From IMG/VR virus record IMGVR_UViG_3300037466_003379, positions 40,106-104,105 of that record: a stretch of 64,000 nt of DNA. One strand, 5' to 3'. This stretch comes from a virus. The position numbers and the translations under genes are program-made. Position 1 is the first letter of the stretch. Each line of letters starts with the position of its first letter. Positions 1 through 7,703 of this stretch are shown here, one piece after another. Below the pieces are notes generated by a model that did no database searches, had not been told where the DNA came from, and worked only from the letters and a program-made list of their open reading frames with translations.

Positions 1-1
1 C

Positions 2-358
2 GTCATCCCGGTCTCCGCGACCGTGTGGGCGTCGAAGGGGCTGCTCAAGTTCGTCCGGTGGATCGACGGCAACCGCGACGAGGAGGTGCTCGCCGCCGAG
101 CTTCTCGGCCTCGTCGCGACGATCGTGCAGCCGAGCACCCGGATCGGGCGCGCCCTGCTCGAGGACCTGCCGCAGTCGGGCATGCCGAGCTTCCGCACCT
201 TCATCCCGCGGCGGATCAAGGCTGAGGACGCCGTTATGGACCGGCTCGTCGTGGGGGAGCCTGGCGTCGACATCAGCCTCACCACGGCCTATCAGGATCT
301 GACGACCGAGCTGGTCGAGCGGATCGCGAAGGCGAAGGGGCCACGCCATGCCCGGTAA
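2..358 (+). CDS. parA: ParA-family partition ATPase, C-terminal part (5' end outside the window)
   Basis: VIPV...SKGL, LLGLVAT and TFIPRRIKAEDA...AYQDLTTEL match the ParA C-terminal pattern; the frame is open from the window start. Confidence 0.8.
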   Translation, partial: VIPVSATVWASKGLLKFVRWIDGNRDEEVLAAELLGLVATIVQPSTRIGRALLEDLPQSGMPSFRTFIPRRIKAEDAVMDRLVVGEPGVDISLTTAYQDLTTELVERIAKAKGPRHAR

Positions 359-734
359 GAGCCGCGGCTTCGGCGGGAACCTCCTCGGCGGGACCGTCAG
401 GCCGATCCCTGACGACGACGAGCCGACGCCCGCGCCCACGACCACCCCGGAGCCCGCTCCGGCCCCGCCAGCGCAAGCTGAGGCGACGCAGCAGGCCGCC
501 CCGGCGCCGCGGCCCCGAGCAGTCCCCGATCCGGAGCCGGAGCCGACCCCGGTCTCTGAGTCCAGCCGCGCTCGGAAAGGGCCGCCCGCGACCATCCGCC
601 TGAACGGCACGGCGGGGGAGGCTCTGTGGCAGGCGTACCTCGAAGCCAAGGCGCGCGACCACTTCCTCAGCTATCGGCAGTTCGCCTCCGACGTCGTCAT
701 GGACGGACTCATCCGCCAGAAGCGGCGCCGCTGA
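348..734 (+). CDS. Small partition protein, probably a ParG-like RHH centromere-binding protein
   Basis: Overlaps the parA stop. Basic N-terminus, Pro/Ala linker, C-terminal strand-helix-helix (TIRLN...ALWQAYLEAK...YRQFASDVVMDGL). Confidence 0.6.
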   Translation: MPGKSRGFGGNLLGGTVRPIPDDDEPTPAPTTTPEPAPAPPAQAEATQQAAPAPRPRAVPDPEPEPTPVSESSRARKGPPATIRLNGTAGEALWQAYLEAKARDHFLSYRQFASDVVMDGLIRQKRRR

Positions 735-748
735 GCCTCTGACCAGCA

Positions 749-772
749 TGTTGCACTGCAACACTGCAACAC
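749..772. repeat. Three TGCAACA heptads (one inverted, two direct; 8-bp period), candidate centromere/operator
   Basis: TGTTGCA-C-TGCAACA-C-TGCAACA-C directly after the RHH gene; a partial copy at 46451-46463. Confidence 0.55.
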
Positions 773-785
773 GGAGCGGTATAAT
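756..785 (+). promoter_or_regulatory. Sigma70-type promoter for the GT2 leader
   Basis: CTGCAA-18 bp-TATAAT; perfect -10 at 780-785. Confidence 0.6.
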
Positions 786-855
786 GGCCCAGCGTGACTA
801 GCCCTAGCGCGGAACCCAGATCCGACCTTCTCGCGCAGTCACTCCAGGACCACTC

Positions 856-888
856 GGCCCCGGCCTCTACGGAGGTCGGGGCCTTTTC
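856..888 (+). terminator. Intrinsic terminator/attenuator in the GT2 5' leader
   Basis: GGCCCCGGCCTC-TACG-GAGGTCGGGGCC followed by TTTT. Confidence 0.7.
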
Positions 889-1009
889 GTTAGCGGCCGT
901 AACCAACCGCCCACAGCGGACGATCAACTACCCGAACGCCGCCCGAGCCGTTGACACCCCCAGCGGCCCGAAGCGTGCTCCCCGGCACCTGAAAGTGAGT
1001 TACCCCCCG

Positions 1010-2554
1010 ATGGCTCACCCTGCTCTGCCCATGCCCGAACGCGCCGAATCCCCGTCCGGCCGCCACCACCGCCCCGAGATCTCCATCCCGGCCCAGCGCG
1101 CCGCGGCCGAGGACATCACCCAGGCGATCCCGAAGGTCCGCGCCGACTGGCGCGAGGCGCCCACTACGCGCTTCCCAGCCGTCCAGCGGCTGGTCGAGGT
1201 GACCCGCGCGCTGCCGCGCGTCCCTCGCGGCGTCGCGCTGCGCCGGCCGAACCTGGAGACCGAGGTGACGGTCAAGGCGAACCCGTGGCTCGTCGCCTTC
1301 CTGTTCGCCGTCGTCGGCGCCGCCGCAGCCGCATGGTTCTCGTGGCGCGGAGCCCCGTCCTGGTCGATCTACGGCATCGCCGTCTCGGTCCTCCTCGGCG
1401 CGAAGCTGCTGCTGTCGCTGCTCCCGCCGCCCCGCTGGGAGCCCGCCCCCGAGGGGAAGCGGGTCTGCGTCGTCGTCCCGATCTTCAACGAGGACCCCGA
1501 GATCCTCGCCCGCTGCCTCGCCTCGATCGACGCCCAGACTTACCAGCCGACCCACGTCCGGATCATCGACGACGGCTCCTCCGCCCCCGAGGCCCACAAC
1601 TACGCGATCCAGTGGGCGATGGACCGCGCCAACGCCCGCGTGATCTTCCAGCACAACGCCGGCAAGCGTGAGGCGATGGGGCAGGCGTTCCGCGAGCTCG
1701 GCGAGCAGGTCGACCTGTTCGTGTGCGTCGACTCCGACACGGTCCTCGAGCCCGAGGCCATCCGCGAGGGCCTCGCCCCGTTCTCGGACCCGCGCACCGC
1801 CGCCGTCACCGGCACCGTCGTCGCCCTCAACCAGGACCGCGGCCTGCTGCCCGGCCTGCTCGACCTGCGGTACGTCAACGCCTTCCTCTACGAGCGGGCC
1901 GCCTACAGCCGCCTCGGCTCCGTCCTCTGCGTGTGCGGCTCCCTGGCGATCTGGCGGGCGGACATCGTCCGCGCCCACCTCGACGACTTCCTCGGCCAGC
2001 AGTTCCTGGGGGAGCCCTGCTCGTACGGCGACGACCGGCACTTGACGAACCTGTCGCTACTGCACGGCCGCGTCGTCCTCGCGCACAAGGCGATCGCGCG
2101 CACCGCCGTGCCAGAGAAGGGCGGGCACCTGATCCGCCAGCAGGTCCGGTGGGGCCGCTCCTTCTTCCGCGAGTCCCTGTGGGCGCTGCGGAACCTGGGG
2201 CCGAAGCGCGCCGCCTGGTGGCTGTCCGCCCTGGAGTCCGTGTCCTGGGCCGGGTTCACCGTCGGCATGATGTTGTCCCTGTTCGTCCTGCCGGCGATCA
2301 GCGGGCAGGCTCACTGGCTGGACTACCTGGGCTGGGTGTTCCTCGCCGGGTACGGCCGCTCGGTGCACGTCTTCTCGGTGCGGCGCACCAGCTGGGCGCG
2401 CTGGCGGCAGGCCGCGATCTTCCTCCTCGCCCCGGCCTACGGGATGATCCACGTCCTCGTGCTGCTGCCGCTGCGGCTCTACTCCCTCGCCACGCTCCGC
2501 GCGACGAGCTGGGGCACCCGCTCCGGCGGCGTCGAGGTCGCCGAGACGGCCTGA
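1010..2554 (+). CDS. Processive GT2 glycosyltransferase, hyaluronan synthase/NodC-like
   Basis: VVPIFNE, IDDGS, NAGKREA, VDSDT, GDDRHLTN and QQVRW motifs; 2 N-terminal and several C-terminal TM segments. Start at ATG 1010 inferred from an upstream GAAAGTGAG; the ORF is open from 794. Confidence 0.88.
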   Translation: MAHPALPMPERAESPSGRHHRPEISIPAQRAAAEDITQAIPKVRADWREAPTTRFPAVQRLVEVTRALPRVPRGVALRRPNLETEVTVKANPWLVAFLFAVVGAAAAAWFSWRGAPSWSIYGIAVSVLLGAKLLLSLLPPPRWEPAPEGKRVCVVVPIFNEDPEILARCLASIDAQTYQPTHVRIIDDGSSAPEAHNYAIQWAMDRANARVIFQHNAGKREAMGQAFRELGEQVDLFVCVDSDTVLEPEAIREGLAPFSDPRTAAVTGTVVALNQDRGLLPGLLDLRYVNAFLYERAAYSRLGSVLCVCGSLAIWRADIVRAHLDDFLGQQFLGEPCSYGDDRHLTNLSLLHGRVVLAHKAIARTAVPEKGGHLIRQQVRWGRSFFRESLWALRNLGPKRAAWWLSALESVSWAGFTVGMMLSLFVLPAISGQAHWLDYLGWVFLAGYGRSVHVFSVRRTSWARWRQAAIFLLAPAYGMIHVLVLLPLRLYSLATLRATSWGTRSGGVEVAETA

Positions 2555-2560
2555 GAACGA

Positions 2561-2604
2561 CGAAGAGGCCCCCGGCCGCCGTGTGGCGGCCGGGGGCCTC
2601 TTCG
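2561..2604. terminator. Bidirectional terminator hairpin between convergent GT2 and endolysin genes
   Basis: 20-bp perfect stem CGAAGAGGCCCCCGGCCGCC with a GTGT loop. Confidence 0.8.
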
Positions 2605-2605
2605 T

Positions 2606-3682
2606 TCAGCGCTCGTACTCGATGCCCAGGTGCAGGCCGCCCGGTGCCGCGTAGCGGGCCACGAGGAACGTGCACCAGCCCGGGAGCGGCTGCGCGGGCA
2701 GCGACAGGTTCCCGATCAGCGGAGCGTTCACCACCAGGTTCTTCACCTGCGGCGTCCGGTAGGTGATGTCGGTGAAGTAGAAGACCCGCAGGTACTCCAG
2801 GAACCCGGACGGCTTGAGACGACCCGTCGAGTCCACGGCTTCCTGGCCACCGGCCCATCCGCACGTGATGCTCGAGACCGAGCCGTTCCCGCGCCAGCCT
2901 CCGCCGCCTGGCACCGCCGGGACGAGCGCGCTGTGGACCTCGCCGGAGCGCGGCCACTGGGCGGGGTCGAGGTCCTGCCACCGGCCACCGGCCGGGTCGG
3001 CCGGGTAGTCGGTGGCGGGGAAGCTGATGAGCGCCACGGCGTCCTCCGAGCTGCGGCCCGCCGGACCGGCGGGCGATGGTTGTGGGGGAGCGAAGGCCGG
3101 GTACTGGCCGTAGTTGTCGGCCCGGATCTGGTCGACGTCGCACTGGACGCCGCCCACGTTCGTTGTGCCGACCTGCTGGTAGAGCTGGGAGCGGTCGTCG
3201 ATGTGCCCGTACTGCCATCCGGCGGCGGACCAGCCGAAGGTGGCGTAGCCGCGGTCCAGGGCGTCGGAGATGACGGAGCGGCCGCCGTAGACGCCGAGCT
3301 TCGCGACGCCGACGACGGAGCCACAGCCGTCCGCGTAGGCGCGGGCCAGCGGGAGATCCTTCGTGACGACGTCCTCGTCGAAGGCGAAGTACACGCAGCC
3401 GACCCGCCCCCAGTCGAGCCCGAGGTCGGCGAGGTGCGCCTTCACTGCCTGGGCGTCAGCGACCCCGCGAGCTCGGCCGCCGCGCCACGACCCGGTGGTG
3501 TCCTCGTAGACGAGGATCAGCTCCAGCCCGTTCGCGAGGTAGTCGGACACCTGCTCGGCGCTGGGCGCCTTCCGCCGGCCCGGGGTGCCCACGTAGAGCG
3601 CGATCGCCCGATAGCCCGCGGCGCGGACCTGGGCGCCGGTCGGATGGCCGACGCAGTCGATCGCGAGGCCGACGACGCTCAC
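2606..3682 (-). CDS. Endolysin, DUF1906/GH25-like glycoside hydrolase with a C-terminal extra domain
   Basis: YFAFDED, LGVYGG and LYQQ...VGGVQCDVD pattern of Rv2525c-like muramidases; located in the lysis cassette. Confidence 0.8.
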   Translation of the reverse strand: MSVVGLAIDCVGHPTGAQVRAAGYRAIALYVGTPGRRKAPSAEQVSDYLANGLELILVYEDTTGSWRGGRARGVADAQAVKAHLADLGLDWGRVGCVYFAFDEDVVTKDLPLARAYADGCGSVVGVAKLGVYGGRSVISDALDRGYATFGWSAAGWQYGHIDDRSQLYQQVGTTNVGGVQCDVDQIRADNYGQYPAFAPPQPSPAGPAGRSSEDAVALISFPATDYPADPAGGRWQDLDPAQWPRSGEVHSALVPAVPGGGGWRGNGSVSSITCGWAGGQEAVDSTGRLKPSGFLEYLRVFYFTDITYRTPQVKNLVVNAPLIGNLSLPAQPLPGWCTFLVARYAAPGGLHLGIEYER

Positions 3683-4089
3683 CGATCACCGTCCTGGGTC
3701 GTGGCCGGCGGAGCGGCCGTCAGCTGCGGGCAGTAGTAGACGGCGCCGCTGTCGGTGGCGTAGCAGTCGCCGACCTTCACGCCGACGTGGATGTGCACGA
3801 CCGGCGCCGGGACGGCGACGACCTCGTGCTGCACGACCGGGGCGACCTCGCCGACCGGGGTCGCGAGCCGCACGGTCGGGGCCGCGTCCGGGCGGCCCTG
3901 CCACAGCCCGAGGTCGGCGCCGAGGAAGGCGACGGACACGAGCGCCAGCAGCACCAGTCCAGCGGCGCCACCAGCGAGCAGATGAGGGGGCCGGAGGCTC
4001 CGCGACGCGAAACCCCGGCGGGAGTGCCTGGGGGACAACTGGGCCGCCTTCCGGAGGGGTTGGGGCCGTCGGGTCCGCGCCCTCTCCAC
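3679..4089 (-). CDS. Single-TM membrane protein in the lysis cassette
   Basis: One hydrophobic helix; lies between holin and endolysin and overlaps the endolysin start. Confidence 0.5.
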   Translation of the reverse strand: MERARTRRPQPLRKAAQLSPRHSRRGFASRSLRPPHLLAGGAAGLVLLALVSVAFLGADLGLWQGRPDAAPTVRLATPVGEVAPVVQHEVVAVPAPVVHIHVGVKVGDCYATDSGAVYYCPQLTAAPPATTQDGDR

Positions 4090-4116
4090 ACGGACCCGAC
4101 GGCGATCATGGGACGC

Positions 4117-4497
4117 CTACTCGGCGGCGGCCGCGGCGGAGAGCACCGCGATCTGGGCTGCCGTCTGCCCGGAGGCGGGAACGGCGGGGAACTCGACGGT
4201 CGCCGGACCGGACGGCGCCGCAGGTACGTTGCCGACGGCGACGTCCGCGGGGGCGACCACGGTCGGTGCGACCGGGGCCGCTGGTGGGGCCTGGGCGCCG
4301 GCCAGCGCGGAGATCCGCACCCCGGCGACCTTGAGCAGGCACAGCAACGCGGCCGTGCCGCCCCCGGCGAGCGCGGCCCGCCAGTCGAACGTGTGCAGCT
4401 CGACCGCTGTCCCTCCGGCGGTGATTGCGCCGGCGAGGGACTGCACGAACGTCCAGCCGACGCGCTCGGCCAGGTCGATCCACGGCTTGGTGGTCAT
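4117..4497 (-). CDS. Holin (r1t-like)
   Basis: WIDLAERVGWTFVQSLAG...DWRAALAGG matches r1t-type holins; two TM segments. Confidence 0.75.
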   Translation of the reverse strand: MTTKPWIDLAERVGWTFVQSLAGAITAGGTAVELHTFDWRAALAGGGTAALLCLLKVAGVRISALAGAQAPPAAPVAPTVVAPADVAVGNVPAAPSGPATVEFPAVPASGQTAAQIAVLSAAAAAE

Positions 4498-4934
4498 GAC
4501 GGGTCGGGCTCCTTCCGGGGTGCCGTCCGCCGCCTGCGAGGCTTCGGCGCGGCCGGGGGCTCTGGGGTGTCGAACAGGCCTTCGGGGATCACCCCGTCGG
4601 GCACGGACACGGCCGGGGCCGGGGGGACGTCGCCGCCGAGGCCGCGGATCCGGTCGATGAGGGTCCGCAGGTATTCCCGCAGCCAGGCGATCTCTGCGCG
4701 CAGCGCGTTCTCCCGGCGGGCGAACTTCGCGCGCTCGGTCTCGACCAGCCCGGACCAGTAGGCGACTTCCTCCCGCAGCACGGGCAGTAGGGAGACGGCG
4801 GTCTTCACGGCGTCGGCGTCGGACTTCGACCGGGCCGCGCGGCGCTTCGCTCCGATGGTGAACAGGGCCGAGATCCCGGCCGCGCCACCGAGTGCACCGA
4901 ACACCTGGCTGGCCTGGTCGGCGATTCCGCTCAC
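4494..4934 (-). CDS. Membrane-anchored coiled-coil lysis-cassette protein
   Basis: N-terminal hydrophobic segment, coiled coil and LRGLGG-PP tail; overlaps both neighbours. Confidence 0.55.
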   Translation of the reverse strand: MSGIADQASQVFGALGGAAGISALFTIGAKRRAARSKSDADAVKTAVSLLPVLREEVAYWSGLVETERAKFARRENALRAEIAWLREYLRTLIDRIRGLGGDVPPAPAVSVPDGVIPEGLFDTPEPPAAPKPRRRRTAPRKEPDPS

Positions 4935-5392
4935 GGGCTTTCTCCGAGCTCAGGTGGAGGGCGCAGCTTCTCCACCCGGTAGTCGAGCGAGTGCGAGATG
5001 TGCAGCACGGCGACGGCGAAGTAGACGATCGGCCCGGTCAGGGCTGCGTGCGGGTCGTGCCGGACGGCCTCGATGAGCGCGATTGACCACAGCAGGTACA
5101 GGACGCCGCCGAAGGTGAACGCCCAGCGCAGCGGCCGGAGCCCGGCACCACGCCCGGCGAGCATCGACGCCGCGAGCGCCCCGAACACCAGCCCCCAGGT
5201 CGTGGCGCCGCCGTACTGGCGGATCACCGCGAAGGACGGGCCTGCGACGCGGAGCGGGTCCCCGGCGAGCAGCACCCACGCCATTCCCGTCGCGGCGGCG
5301 CCGAGCGCGAGCCAGCCGCGGCGCAGGACGTCCTTCTCGTCCCACACGGCATCCACGTCCGGGGCGACGTCGAGCACCCGGGGGAGCTTCAC
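4931..5392 (-). CDS. Multi-pass membrane protein
   Basis: About 4 TM segments; 4-bp overlaps with neighbours. Confidence 0.6.
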   Translation of the reverse strand: MKLPRVLDVAPDVDAVWDEKDVLRRGWLALGAAATGMAWVLLAGDPLRVAGPSFAVIRQYGGATTWGLVFGALAASMLAGRGAGLRPLRWAFTFGGVLYLLWSIALIEAVRHDPHAALTGPIVYFAVAVLHISHSLDYRVEKLRPPPELGESP

Positions 5393-5865
5393 TGGGTGGC
5401 CACCGGGGTGACGGGCGGCCGCGGGGCCGGAACGACCGTGGCGACCTGCCAGTCGTAGTCACCCCGCAGGCAGCTCCGGCTGTCCGGATGCCGGTTCGGC
5501 CAGGCGATCTCGACGACCCGGTAGTGGGTGCCGCCGAGCTCGATCTCCTGGCCCTCGATCAGCGGCGCCGGTAGCGCTGTCTCGGCGAGCCGGGCGCCCG
5601 TCTCGTCGACGACCCGCACCTTCGCGGGCGGGGTGCCGTCGACGAGACGGATCCCCTCGACCGCCGTCGCGACCTCCGGTTCGGACTCCACGACCAGCTC
5701 AGCGGAGGCGCCGTCCTCGGCGACGACGACGTCGAGCAGCGTGTGCTGCCAGGTCGGGTCGAGGCCGGGCAGGGTGATCCGGGTGCGGAGCAGCCCGTCG
5801 AACGAGTCGGGATTGAACAGGCCGGGGCCGTCCGCGTAGACGGTCACGCGCGTCGTGAGGGTCAT
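5389..5865 (-). CDS. Hypothetical protein (possible tail-fibre chaperone)
   Basis: Coding-like composition; follows the fibre genes. Confidence 0.5.
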   Translation of the reverse strand: MTLTTRVTVYADGPGLFNPDSFDGLLRTRITLPGLDPTWQHTLLDVVVAEDGASAELVVESEPEVATAVEGIRLVDGTPPAKVRVVDETGARLAETALPAPLIEGQEIELGGTHYRVVEIAWPNRHPDSRSCLRGDYDWQVATVVPAPRPPVTPVATQ

Positions 5866-5878
5866 CTCGGGGGGCCTT

Positions 5879-6457
5879 TCAGGAGTACGGGGCGTCCCAG
5901 GCGACGACCATCCAGGTCCCGCCGAGCGCGGTGTCCGACGACAGGGAGGCGCCGGTGTTCTGCAGCGCGCCGCCGCGGATCACGGTCCCGGCGGTGAACC
6001 GCTCGTAGAGGTGGGCCTCGACGTACACGTGCCCCGAGGCGGCCATGACCTCGTCGCCCATCGCGGCGATGTTCCCGGGGTTCGACGTGCCGTTGACCAT
6101 GATCGCGGCGCAGCGGATCCCGGAGGAGCCGGACACGAAGCCGACGTGCAAGCAGATCTCGTACCAGCCCGCCGTCTGGATCGTGACCGTCGTGCCGCCG
6201 GCGGTCGCCATGCTGTCGGTGTCGAGGACCTCGTTGTCCCACGTGATCGTGTTCGGGGTCGATGTGATCGAGCCCGTCGCGAAGTTGTGCGCGTTGCTGG
6301 TCAGGTAGCACATCGGCTTCGTGGACGCCCCCGAGGCGAGGGTGCGGCCCAGCGTGTTCTGCGCCAGCGTGTCGACGTTCGTGCGCAGGTTCGACAGGTC
6401 CGTCGCGGTGACGAGGACGCCGTCGGTGAAGGTCGGGGGAGCGGACAGCGCCGACAT
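5879..6457 (-). CDS. Minor tail/receptor-binding protein, C1q-like paralogue 3
   Basis: PTFTDG...DL..L..N anchor, TIQTAGWYEI, GTWM...APY C-terminus. Confidence 0.7.
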   Translation of the reverse strand: MSALSAPPTFTDGVLVTATDLSNLRTNVDTLAQNTLGRTLASGASTKPMCYLTSNAHNFATGSITSTPNTITWDNEVLDTDSMATAGGTTVTIQTAGWYEICLHVGFVSGSSGIRCAAIMVNGTSNPGNIAAMGDEVMAASGHVYVEAHLYERFTAGTVIRGGALQNTGASLSSDTALGGTWMVVAWDAPYS

Positions 6458-6470
6458 CGGGGCTCCTCGG

Positions 6471-7061
6471 TCAGTAGGGGGCGTGCCAGGCGCACGTCCA
6501 CCACGTGCCCCAGGAGCCGACGGAGTTGTTCGTGGTGAGGTTCAGCGACGCCCCGGAGTTCTGAAAGACGCCGACGTAGAGCGACGCCCCGGCCTGCAGG
6601 TGCTCGTAGGCCACGACCTGGTGGTGGTAGGCGCTGGTGGAGCCCAGGTTCTGCGTCGTCGTCGCGACGACGTTCAGCGGGTCCGCGATGCCGTTGATGA
6701 GGATCTGCACGACCCGCTCGGACGCGGCCGCGGACGCCCACCACGCCTGGGCCATGATCCGGTACCAGCCAGGCGTCTGGATCACCATGTGATCGGCGGG
6801 GGAGCCCGGCCACATGCCGTCGTTGTCGAAGACGACGTTATTCCAGGTGACGATCTGGTTCGTGCCGCCCGCCCCGGTCGGGACGGAGAAGTTGCTGGTC
6901 AGGTTGACCTTGCAGATCGGCTTCGTGGAGTAGCCCGCCGAGGCGGGCTTGCCCAGCAGGTTCTGCGACAGCGCGTCGAGGTTGAAGGACAGCCGGTTCA
7001 AGTCGGCCTGTCCGACGAGCGTGCCGTCGACGAACGTCGGGTTGGCGATGGTGGCGGGCAC
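6471..7061 (-). CDS. Minor tail/receptor-binding protein, C1q-like paralogue 2
   Basis: PTFVDG anchor, IQTPGWYRI, GTWW...APY. Confidence 0.7.
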   Translation of the reverse strand: MPATIANPTFVDGTLVGQADLNRLSFNLDALSQNLLGKPASAGYSTKPICKVNLTSNFSVPTGAGGTNQIVTWNNVVFDNDGMWPGSPADHMVIQTPGWYRIMAQAWWASAAASERVVQILINGIADPLNVVATTTQNLGSTSAYHHQVVAYEHLQAGASLYVGVFQNSGASLNLTTNNSVGSWGTWWTCAWHAPY

Positions 7062-7079
7062 GCCGGCCTCCGCTCTCGA

Positions 7080-7688
7080 TCAGTAGGGGGCTTCGTAGGT
7101 GACCGACATCCATGTCCCCCACGCGGAGGAGGAGGCGGCCGCGGTCGCCTGGGGGAGCAGGTTCAGCGCAGCGCCCGATGCCTGGTAGGTGCGGCCGAGG
7201 ATGTTCGTGTTGAAGGCGGCGTGCACCCACGCCGAGACCTGCAGCCGCTGGTTGTTGTTGATCCGCATCAGGGTGTTGTGGGTGGCGACGACGTTGGCGT
7301 TCGCGGTGCCGTTGACGCAGATCGAGATGGCGCGCTCGGACGGGGCGAGAGCGCCCGGGTCCGACTGGAAGTCGTATGCCACCTGGAGCTCGACGCGGTA
7401 CCAGCCGGGGGTGAGGATCAGGAACGTCGTCCCGACGTTGATCGAGAAGTGGTGGTCGGAGTCCACCTCTTCGAGGTCCCAGTTGATCACCGTGTCTGTG
7501 GCGTTCAAGATCGACTGAGTGTTCAGGAGCCGCGCCTTCGTCGCGGGCCTCTGGGTCGCCCCATCGGACAGCGGGTGCGCCGTCCCGAGCTGGGCGATCG
7601 TGTCGAGGTTCGTCGCGATCGTCTGCAGGTTCGCCGCCGTGGGCACCGTGCCGTTTGTGAAGCTCGGGATGCTGCTCAGCGACGGCAC
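7080..7688 (-). CDS. Minor tail/receptor-binding protein, C1q-like paralogue 1
   Basis: PSFTNG anchor, ILTPGWYRV, GTWM...APY. Confidence 0.7.
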   Translation of the reverse strand: MPSLSSIPSFTNGTVPTAANLQTIATNLDTIAQLGTAHPLSDGATQRPATKARLLNTQSILNATDTVINWDLEEVDSDHHFSINVGTTFLILTPGWYRVELQVAYDFQSDPGALAPSERAISICVNGTANANVVATHNTLMRINNNQRLQVSAWVHAAFNTNILGRTYQASGAALNLLPQATAAASSSAWGTWMSVTYEAPY

Positions 7689-7703
7689 GGTGCCCCTCCA
7701 GGC

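Noticed and set aside
5879-7688. Diversity-generating retroelement or invertible tail-fibre cassette
   Set aside because: No reverse transcriptase, no near-identical TR/VR pair with adenine-specific mismatches, and no invertase or flanking inverted sites seen.
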